Shown in pieces: positions 49,872-57,947 of a stretch of 64,000 nt of DNA (position 1 is its first letter; each line of letters starts with the position of its first letter). Below the pieces are notes generated by a model. The model was given only the letters and a program-made list of their open reading frames with translations, was not told the DNA's origin and did no database searches. The DNA comes from a virus: IMG/VR virus record IMGVR_UViG_3300028666_000002, one strand, 5' to 3'. The translations under genes were made by a program, and so were the position numbers.

Positions 49872-49945
49872 TGCGCCCAGCCGAACAGGGTGGACGGGAG
49901 TGACTGTTAATCACTACATGGCAGGTTCGATCCCTGCGGGCGCAG
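49872..49945 (+). tRNA. tRNA-Asn (GTT)
   Basis: Acceptor TGCGCCC/GGGCGCA+G; anticodon arm AGTGA-CT GTT AA-TCACT; T arm GCAGG-TTCGATC-CCTGC; no encoded CCA. Confidence 0.88.
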
Positions 49946-49998
49946 GTTTATGGTAAGCCTAACTCGTGTCGAAAGACCGTAGAGGCGACTCCATACTG

Positions 49999-50078
49999 TG
50001 CTGGCGGCGATACTGGCTGGACCAAATCGGGTGGTGCAACTCCACAGTGTATCTAGGGTAGCACCCAAGCCGCCAGCA
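49999..50078 (+). ncRNA. Unclassified structured RNA with a T-loop-like arm
   Basis: 10-bp closing stem TGCTGGCGGC/GCCGCCAGCA; GATAC/GTATC; GTGG-TGCAACT-CCAC; GGGT-AGC-ACCC; GC-rich in an AT-rich genome. Confidence 0.55.
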
Positions 50079-50096
50079 AATTTTTGAAAGGATAAC

Positions 50097-51429
50097 ATGA
50101 AGAAAGTTAAACTTACACCAGAACAGGTATATGATGCCTCTTATGCGGCAGCTAAGAGAGCATGGCCAGAAGACGTGCTTGAGAAGGAAGAATTCAATAA
50201 ACTTCACAGTTCTGAACGTACTATGGTTGATGTTTTGACTAACAATCTCAACGATATTTTGGAAAAGATGTTTGAAACTAGGAGTGAAAATGAAAAAGAA
50301 GAGAAATAAACCTGACTTTTTGTTCAGATTGCCACTGACGATAAAGCATGGGAAACACAAGATCTTCTCATATGAACCCGACGAATTGGTCTATGGATCA
50401 GAAGTATTTGGTGAAGAAATTGAAGAAAAAGAATTGATTGTGAGCAATAAAAAAGGTCATCTAACGTATATATTTTTTGATAAAAAGTATTCAAACGCAA
50501 AAGTACATCTCATTTGTACCCTAAAGGATCTCAAGAAGTTTGTAGCTAGTGTTGAAAAAAGGAGTAAAAAGTTGGGTTCTTGTTGGAATCATTTTAATCC
50601 AGAACTAAGCTTTTTCGTACAAGAAAAGAGTCCTAAAAATGTTAACCGTAAGCGACGAAGATCTTAAAGATCTAGAAGATTTGATCGCCAAGCTCAAACC
50701 AGCACCTTGGAGAGGTCCTGTTTGGACACATCTTCCTAATGAGTCTAAGTTTGTGCAATCAAGCAGAGAATTTGTTCCGCGCTTAATCGAGTCTCTTAGG
50801 GAAAGTAGAAAGATCAATAGGGATATAGCTCAGGAAAATACTATCTTACGCCGAGAGCGAGATAAGGCAGAAATTAAGATAAAGGAGATAAAATGACCAT
50901 ACCTCCAATTCAAAAATATGAGCGAGAAAGAGCTTCCAAACAGGTTATGAAACTTTTTCGTGATTGTCGCAAGGATAAAGAACAGCCCACCCTCAGGGAT
51001 TTGGTTCAACTTGCAAGGAAAATTAAACATGCAGATCCTCATCATTTCTGGGGAGACGAGTTTCCATATTTTGCCGAGGTTGATCAAGCAGCATATGAGA
51101 TTGGTCAGTTTTGTAGAAAATGGGGTCGTATAGGAGTTAGACAGACAAAAGAGAAATATGGTACCGCTCGCGTTTATTGCAGTTTTGGTTGGTATCAACT
51201 TTTCTCTATCACTCATCCCGGTTATGCATATTCCCGTTATCCAAAGTGGTTGTGGGTTCTTGACTGCCGCTATATAAGTAAACTAATCGCACCTCTCAAT
51301 AAGATAGTGGCTCCATATCATGTATTCATCTATCGACTTGCCTACAAGCGTGCCATTAAGAAGTTTCCCTTGATTCGAGAAGAGATTATTTCTGGTGCTG
51401 ATTGGAAGGAACTTTTGGAGGACTTGTGA
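50097..51429 (+). CDS. Hypothetical genes (50097-50309, 50290-50667, 50639-50896, 50893-51429 with a 'Q.KEKYG..R.Y' motif)
   Basis: Contiguous ORFs with overlaps. Confidence 0.55.
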
Positions 51430-51620
51430 GAATAAAACGATTAGAATTTGGCCTATCGAGAATGTACGATAAGGTAGCCTGGCGCTATCCACGCTTTCAT
51501 ATTGGTAAAGAAAATTGTGGATGTTTTATGGGCGAGTTTTGGTGTCTGTACGTTACGTGGCTGGGCGATGAATGTTACTATCCTTGCGGCGATCCATCTT
51601 GCTGCTGTAACAAAGAATAA

Positions 51621-52079
51621 TTACTTGCCGGTGCTACCAAATCCGCCCGATCCACGATCAGTTTCATCTAAAGATTCAACCACTTGTATCTCTGCTTGAA
51701 ATACAGCGCAAATAACTCCTTGAGCAATCCTATCACCCTTCTTAACGGTAACGGTTTGGGTATGATGAAGAGCGGCATTAGCGGAAGGAAAACTAGTATT
51801 TGTCATGATTACGCATACTTCACCACGAAAATCGGAATCCACAGTACCTGGGGCATTGGCCACTCTAAGAGGAGTTTTAAGAGAAAGACCGGATCGTGGA
51901 CGAACCTGAAGTTCATATCCAAAGCTAACATCTACAGAAAGGCCCGTTTTTACTAGTTTAGTTTCTCCTGGGTTCAACTCAACATCTTCGATAGCTACCA
52001 AATCAAAGCCGCTAGAGCCTGTGGTTGCATACTGAGGAATCTGAGCATCTGGATGAAGCTTCTTAATCTTTATTTTCAT
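51621..52079 (-). CDS. dut: Trimeric dUTPase
   Basis: 'GFDL', 'QVRPRSGL', 'GTVDSDFRGE', 'GDRIAQ', 'RGSGGFGSTG'; start ATG 52079 (AGGAG). Confidence 0.97.
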   Translation of the reverse strand: MKIKIKKLHPDAQIPQYATTGSSGFDLVAIEDVELNPGETKLVKTGLSVDVSFGYELQVRPRSGLSLKTPLRVANAPGTVDSDFRGEVCVIMTNTSFPSANAALHHTQTVTVKKGDRIAQGVICAVFQAEIQVVESLDETDRGSGGFGSTGK

Positions 52080-52197
52080 AATTTCTCCTATAAAAGAGTC
52101 TATCACAGGCTCTCCATCAAGACAAGCAAAATAACTCATTGAAATTGTTATCTTAAATGAATCTAAAGATTTGATATAACAATGGTACGGGAGCTGT

Positions 52198-52211
52198 CAA
52201 TCTTAATAGAG
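52198..52211 (+). promoter_or_regulatory. Putative phage late promoter motif (C)AATCTT(T)A...(TAGAG)
   Basis: Same motif upstream of late genes at 928, 6128, 35456, 52198, 57927 and 60696. Confidence 0.65.
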
Positions 52212-52253
52212 TATGGTACTTTTCCCTAATTTTCAATAAATCAAGGTATTTAA

Positions 52254-54587
52254 ATGAAAAAGTCTCTTGAATTCTCAATGCAAATGGATATGTCAGCCTT
52301 TGATAGGTCTATTGCCGATATGCAGCGTAAGCTTAGCAGCCTACAAACTCCCGCTAATATAGCCGTAACCAATGCTCAGAATGCCGCTAGGGCTAATCAA
52401 CTGGGCGCAGGGGTTACCGGACCCACCAGGGCAGCCCAAGAACGTGCTACGATACAGTATCGCAAAGAATTAGATTCTTCCATGAGAATCGAAAATACTA
52501 CGGCTGAGAAGTTGGCAGTATTATATGGAAGAAAATATCAACAATTCGAAGGTTTGGTAAAACAGCAAAAGCAGTTGGCAGCTGGCAGCGCAGAGGAAAT
52601 AATAAATTTACAAAAACAAGAAGGAGTCAAACGCAGCCTTGGCAAACTCGAAAATGGCATAGTTGAAGCACAAAACAGGGGAAATCAGGCGGCTACCGCA
52701 AAACAAGCACTTCAAGATAAAGAAATGGAAAAAACCACTAAAATCGCTAAGATTTTCGGCGGTATCGGTGCTACAGCTATGGTTGCCGCAAAAGCTGTGG
52801 AATATATGTCTGGCGCTCCCATGAGATTGGAGCAAGCACAGGCTACCGCTATTCAGAAAACATACGGCATGGATCTTGCTCAGGTATATTCAGGAAATAC
52901 ACTTCAAGAATCTGCGTTTCTACCAGAAAGAGAAAGGGCCAAAGGAATGGCTGGTGAAAAAGCAGAAGGACAACGCGCCGCCGATGCTCTCAAGGGAGCT
53001 ACCGGAATTGCACTAGTCGCGGCAGCAGCAGCAGCAGTGATTGGCTCAGCCGTAGTAACCGGCGGAGTTAGTCTGGGAGTTCTTGGGGCTGCAGGTGCTA
53101 GCGCCGGTCTTGGTGCTGGCACCTTAATGTCAGACCAAACCAGAGAAAGAATGTGGGGGCTGATTAGTCCGGAACATCAAGAGAAATATGAAAAACTTCT
53201 AGAGGCACAAAAAGAAAGTGACTATAGAGATATTTTAAATATGATGAAACAGGAAGATCCAGGAAAAGTGGAAGCGATTAAGGATTTTCAACAAAATTAT
53301 CAACGTAACCTTAATGTACAAAGAACTCTCGGTTTAACAAATCAAGGTTTTTATGGTGAAAGTGGTTTACAAAAAAGAGCGATAGATGCAGGGTTTCTCC
53401 CTTCTCAGGCTATGGAAATGGGTCAACAAATTGTCGGCGCCGGTGGCTCTGCTAGAATGGGTCAACAAGCTCAGTTCGGTCTGCAAATGCAGCGTGCGGG
53501 AATGACCAATGCTTCGCAGATGTTGGGCGCCGTAGGCGGCGGCATGCAAGATCCTCAAGCCGCCCAAAGAGCAATCATTACTGCCATGGCAGAAGGGGTT
53601 AAGAAGGGTTTTGATTTGGAAGATTTTGTAGAAGAATTTAGACGTTTTACGCAAGCAATCAGCGGAATCCTTGGTAAAACTGGTGCGGTAGACGAGGCAT
53701 CTCAAGACAGATTGTCTCAAATGTTTGGTATGTTTTCTGGAGAAAAGACTGTTGCCGGTGTAAGGGCTGCTGAAGGTGCATACGAAAGATTCCAACAAAG
53801 AGGATCTGAATTAGGTGGCAGACGCGGCGTTATGCGTTTTGCAGAAGCTCGCAAAGATCCCAATCTTGGAAGGCTGTCCACTATGGACTTAACCGAATTG
53901 TTGGCTATGAGGCCGGAAGATTTACAATCCAACAATGCCGTGTTGGCCTATTATACTCAACAAGCTGGTTTTTCGTCAGAAAAGCAACTGCTGGCAAAAG
54001 TAGGGCAGATACAACAGGATACACGATTTCAAATTCCTGCAGTTAGAGAAAAAGCAAAACATGCTGCTGGTGTCATAAATGAATATTTGGCAAAAAATCC
54101 TGGCGGTCTTTCAGAGTTAGCCAAAAAATCTCGTGCCAAAACTCTTCCTATGAGTGTGCAGAGGGCAGTTGGAGAAATGCAAATTGCACTGCGTCAAGAA
54201 GAACAAAGCGGTATAACTCAAGCCGATGTCTTCGCCGACATGGGCGAACAACTTTTTGGTCCTGGTGCGGTTACAGCCAAAAATAAGAAAGCAATGGAAG
54301 CTCTTTTAGGAAAACCAACTGGAAAAGTAGAGGATGCTTATTTGGAAGGACTAGCTAAGAGCGCTGATGTTGTTAGACAAAATTTTCTTATACTTAATGG
54401 CGAAATAAGGCACGCAATCACCAGCATGGGAGGGTTCGCTGCTGCCGCTGGTGCCAAGGCCATGGCAGACAGGGAGGCTAAGTCAGACAAGCGGGGAATG
54501 CCTAATATTGGAGACACCCTAGAATACCTTCGCACTGGCGCTGGAACTCAGCCACAGGGTAAGGCTAATACTAGGAAAGGTAAATAA
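52254..54587 (+). CDS. Tail tape measure-like protein
   Basis: A/G/Q-rich helical protein with hydrophobic Gly/Ala stretches; first gene of the tail-baseplate operon. Confidence 0.7.
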   Translation: MKKSLEFSMQMDMSAFDRSIADMQRKLSSLQTPANIAVTNAQNAARANQLGAGVTGPTRAAQERATIQYRKELDSSMRIENTTAEKLAVLYGRKYQQFEGLVKQQKQLAAGSAEEIINLQKQEGVKRSLGKLENGIVEAQNRGNQAATAKQALQDKEMEKTTKIAKIFGGIGATAMVAAKAVEYMSGAPMRLEQAQATAIQKTYGMDLAQVYSGNTLQESAFLPERERAKGMAGEKAEGQRAADALKGATGIALVAAAAAAVIGSAVVTGGVSLGVLGAAGASAGLGAGTLMSDQTRERMWGLISPEHQEKYEKLLEAQKESDYRDILNMMKQEDPGKVEAIKDFQQNYQRNLNVQRTLGLTNQGFYGESGLQKRAIDAGFLPSQAMEMGQQIVGAGGSARMGQQAQFGLQMQRAGMTNASQMLGAVGGGMQDPQAAQRAIITAMAEGVKKGFDLEDFVEEFRRFTQAISGILGKTGAVDEASQDRLSQMFGMFSGEKTVAGVRAAEGAYERFQQRGSELGGRRGVMRFAEARKDPNLGRLSTMDLTELLAMRPEDLQSNNAVLAYYTQQAGFSSEKQLLAKVGQIQQDTRFQIPAVREKAKHAAGVINEYLAKNPGGLSELAKKSRAKTLPMSVQRAVGEMQIALRQEEQSGITQADVFADMGEQLFGPGAVTAKNKKAMEALLGKPTGKVEDAYLEGLAKSADVVRQNFLILNGEIRHAITSMGGFAAAAGAKAMADREAKSDKRGMPNIGDTLEYLRTGAGTQPQGKANTRKGK

Positions 54588-56488
54588 TGCCAAAAACCAA
54601 TGCATACACAAGGAATATTCTTCCTGTTGGGACTGGTCTAGATGAGAACAATTCTGTTCACGAAGTTAGTCCTGCGTGGGTTTTAACCTTTGTTACTTGG
54701 AATGTAAGGGATACTCTACGTGCCGTAGGGCCTAATGGTTTAAGTCAAACCCTGCTACAAGTCAGAGAGCCCATCGTAGTAGAAAATGACTGTGAACAAG
54801 TTTCTGTTAATGTTAATAAGGCCACTCTAACCGATTCTATGAATGCAATATTGGTAGAAACCGACATTAATTATGCTACCGCCGTTGCCCCTGGAGATTT
54901 TGTATTTGTAAACATGCTTAATTGGGAAGAAGATGCTAGAAGAGTTGCCAATCAAGCTAGAGCCAAACAACCAATCAACGGTATAAACGATGGGTTTAAA
55001 GGTTTTTTTAAAGTTCAAGGCGTAAGAAAGGTAAATCATACGGACCCTATTACTGGGATCAGACGTGTTTTGATAAAAATTAATGGGTTTTGTTTCACAG
55101 AGTTTAATAACTCTATTTATTTTAACCCCTACATTCTAACCGGCAATTCTGGCTCCGATAAAGAAAAAATAGTTTTTGCTACTAATTTGCTAGATAAATA
55201 TTCACAGTTAGTTAGCTCATTCTCCAATCCTACCTGTCAAGATATAATACAGGGTTTAATCCAACTATTCATTGGTCGTGGGGTAGACGATAGGGGGTCT
55301 AGAGAGGTTGACGGCGTACTGATAACTCCGAATGTACAATTTTACATTCCAGCATTAGTAGGACAACTTCTAGGTGTACCAAATGCCATTGCCGCAAAAG
55401 ATATTTACAATTACATGATGGGAATACAGGTTTATTCTTCTTCTCCACATCAGACACTGCAAAGCGGAATGAACTCTGCCTTCAATCAATCTCCGGTGGA
55501 TAGGGTTTATAAAACCGGCTCTTCTTGTAGAGGTCAAACCCTATTTAATGCTGATTACTGGAATAATGTACAGGCTTGGTCCATTATATCTCAATACATT
55601 AACGCTCCACTAAACGAACTGTATACTTGTTTTAGGGTATCTCCTGAGGGCACCATTATGCCCACGGTAGTATATAGACAAACCCCTTTTACTTCAGATT
55701 TGTTTGGGCAAACCCCATTCAAATCAAATTCTTTGGTTACACTTTTTTTAAGTTTGCCACGTTGGAAAATTGATTCTGCTTTGATTTTAAGTTATGACCT
55801 AGGAAGAGATGAGTCTGCTAGAATTAACTTTTTCCAAATGTACACTAAACCACCAGAAATGACCAAGGCTGGTGGTTCACTTTCTTCCCAAACAGCAGAT
55901 ATTAATTACGTGCAAGATGTTAATGATGTTGCCCGTAGCGGCCTGAGACCTTCTATTATAACTACCGCCTTTCAAGATCTAACCGTGATAACAGAACAGG
56001 CAAATAAGGACATCTCAAGAGATTGGGCTATAATAGTCGGCGATGCCCTAATGGGAGGTCACCTAAAATTAAATGGTACCTTAGAAAGTGCAGGAATAGT
56101 AGATCCGATAGCAGTTGGAGATAACCTAGAACATGACGGTACGGTTTATCACATAGAAGAAGTGGTACATCTTGCAGCCCAATCACCCGAAACTGGTATT
56201 AAAAGTTTTCGCACTACATTAAAGTTGAGTGCTGGAGTGTCAGTATCTGACAATAGAAGTGGACTTGCATATCCTGAAATGATCAATACGAACGCGTATA
56301 GAGATAGGGCAAGCAATTTCAATAATGGAGATAAATCGCTTCCTGGTATTTCGGAAGAACAATCCGTCGTAGACAGATCAGGCACGGTACCTACGCAGCA
56401 AAATATAGATAGAGCCAACGCTCCCTTTGCCCAGCCTGGACAGACATTAACTCCTATTAAAAATAATAACAGGAACAACAATGGATAA
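54587..56488 (+). CDS. Baseplate hub-like protein
   Basis: Lies between tape measure and spike; 'NELY', 'R..PF', 'LNGT....G....I.VGDN......YHIEEV.H......F.T.L.L'. Confidence 0.65.
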   Translation: MPKTNAYTRNILPVGTGLDENNSVHEVSPAWVLTFVTWNVRDTLRAVGPNGLSQTLLQVREPIVVENDCEQVSVNVNKATLTDSMNAILVETDINYATAVAPGDFVFVNMLNWEEDARRVANQARAKQPINGINDGFKGFFKVQGVRKVNHTDPITGIRRVLIKINGFCFTEFNNSIYFNPYILTGNSGSDKEKIVFATNLLDKYSQLVSSFSNPTCQDIIQGLIQLFIGRGVDDRGSREVDGVLITPNVQFYIPALVGQLLGVPNAIAAKDIYNYMMGIQVYSSSPHQTLQSGMNSAFNQSPVDRVYKTGSSCRGQTLFNADYWNNVQAWSIISQYINAPLNELYTCFRVSPEGTIMPTVVYRQTPFTSDLFGQTPFKSNSLVTLFLSLPRWKIDSALILSYDLGRDESARINFFQMYTKPPEMTKAGGSLSSQTADINYVQDVNDVARSGLRPSIITTAFQDLTVITEQANKDISRDWAIIVGDALMGGHLKLNGTLESAGIVDPIAVGDNLEHDGTVYHIEEVVHLAAQSPETGIKSFRTTLKLSAGVSVSDNRSGLAYPEMINTNAYRDRASNFNNGDKSLPGISEEQSVVDRSGTVPTQQNIDRANAPFAQPGQTLTPIKNNNRNNNG

Positions 56489-57389
56489 TTTTTTAAGCAA
56501 TGGTGCGGTTTTACCTTCTGGACTTCTAAGCACAGACGATTCTTTTGGAGCTTTTCAGAAGAAATATCAAAATTCTTATCTTAGAACTGGACTAATAACT
56601 GCTACATATGATATTACGGATGCGCGAAATGCAAACAAAGCGGTCCCAGAATACGATGTATTGGTGTCGGAACAAAATGAAGATGGTGGATCTACTCTAT
56701 CCTATTATAGAAACTGCACGGCCTCCACTGGGTTTGGTTCTGTGGCAGATTTTTTTGAAGCTAGACTGCGTGCATTAACAAAGTTAACAGGTCAACAACA
56801 AACTTCCACGCCCGCACCCAATGGACAAAACGGTGCGATAGTTTTACTATTGTGCCTAAATGGTTTCTCTGGCAAGGGTATCATCATAAGCTGTCTACTT
56901 CATCCAGATCGCACCACCACATTGACCGGATCTGGTCCTCACTTAGAAGGTGAGTATAATGGTGTCAATGTAGTAGTCAATACCGATGGAAGTACCGCGT
57001 TAACTTTTAAGGGAGCAACGGATAATAGTGGTAAGGTTATCGACAGTTCTCAAGGCAATACTGTAATTCAAATAGCTAAAGATGGTTCTGTTCAAGTGAA
57101 ACACTCGACCGTCACATTGAGATTGGATCGTAGTGGTGTCGTAACTCTAACTGCTCAGGGAGACGTTAATGTAAATTGTTCTAATGCCAACGTAATCGCA
57201 TCCGATACTGCCACCGTAGATGGTACCACGGTTAAATTGGGAACAAACGCAACAGAAGCAGTTGTTTTGGGTGATATTTTTCAAGCATTATACAATAGTC
57301 ACACTCATCCAACTATTTTTGGACCGACCCTACAGCCATTAGTTCCTATGCCGCCGTCTGCCCTATCCACAAAAGTTATCACAGAATAA
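56481..57389 (+). CDS. Baseplate spike protein (gpV/gp5-like)
   Basis: N-terminal OB-like region, beta-helix repeats ('DGSV.V', 'G.V.L'), tip motif 'YNSHTHP'. Confidence 0.8.
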   Translation: MDNFLSNGAVLPSGLLSTDDSFGAFQKKYQNSYLRTGLITATYDITDARNANKAVPEYDVLVSEQNEDGGSTLSYYRNCTASTGFGSVADFFEARLRALTKLTGQQQTSTPAPNGQNGAIVLLLCLNGFSGKGIIISCLLHPDRTTTLTGSGPHLEGEYNGVNVVVNTDGSTALTFKGATDNSGKVIDSSQGNTVIQIAKDGSVQVKHSTVTLRLDRSGVVTLTAQGDVNVNCSNANVIASDTATVDGTTVKLGTNATEAVVLGDIFQALYNSHTHPTIFGPTLQPLVPMPPSALSTKVITE

Positions 57390-57919
57390 TGCTACCTCCA
57401 GCACAAATTTTAGCAAACGAGATATTGGCTTTACCAGCAGCGCCAGTTCCATTGGTTGGGATTACAAATTTTGTCGGTCTCTTAACTACCTATATGGCAA
57501 ACGTACAGGGCGGCCCAACTGGTCTTCCGGGTATTTTTCTTTTGAATAGTGCTTTGGTTATTGCAGCAATGTCGGCAATGCAACCGGTCGCTGATAATTC
57601 TTGGATTAATAGTTTTGCTGATGCTATGGAAGCGGGCATTCTTGCCGCTATTATTACTCCGGGTACCGTTTCAGAACCTGCGATTTGGCTTCTTTCTGTT
57701 GTTGATGTAGCCACCCTACCCTTAGGGGCCGCTACCATAACCACCATACCGGCAGCCAAGGCTAAGTTGATCTCTGACCTCACTAGTATCACTGCTAGCA
57801 ACAACCCACCCTTACCGTTCGCACAGGCTATTTATGATATGACACTAGAATTTGTCTTTAATTGCATAGGGTTAACTTTACTTTCGGTTCCTGTTCCGTT
57901 TCCAGTATCGGCGGAGTAG
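57389..57919 (+). CDS. Baseplate-associated protein
   Basis: TAATG coupling to the spike gene; hydrophobic, A/P-rich. Confidence 0.5.
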   Translation: MLPPAQILANEILALPAAPVPLVGITNFVGLLTTYMANVQGGPTGLPGIFLLNSALVIAAMSAMQPVADNSWINSFADAMEAGILAAIITPGTVSEPAIWLLSVVDVATLPLGAATITTIPAAKAKLISDLTSITASNNPPLPFAQAIYDMTLEFVFNCIGLTLLSVPVPFPVSAE

Positions 57920-57947
57920 TTAAGGGCAATCTTTACATAGAGGGTAT

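Noticed and set aside
49999-50078. tRNA-Sec or tmRNA
   Set aside because: No TCA anticodon arm, no 3' CCA geometry, and far too short for tmRNA
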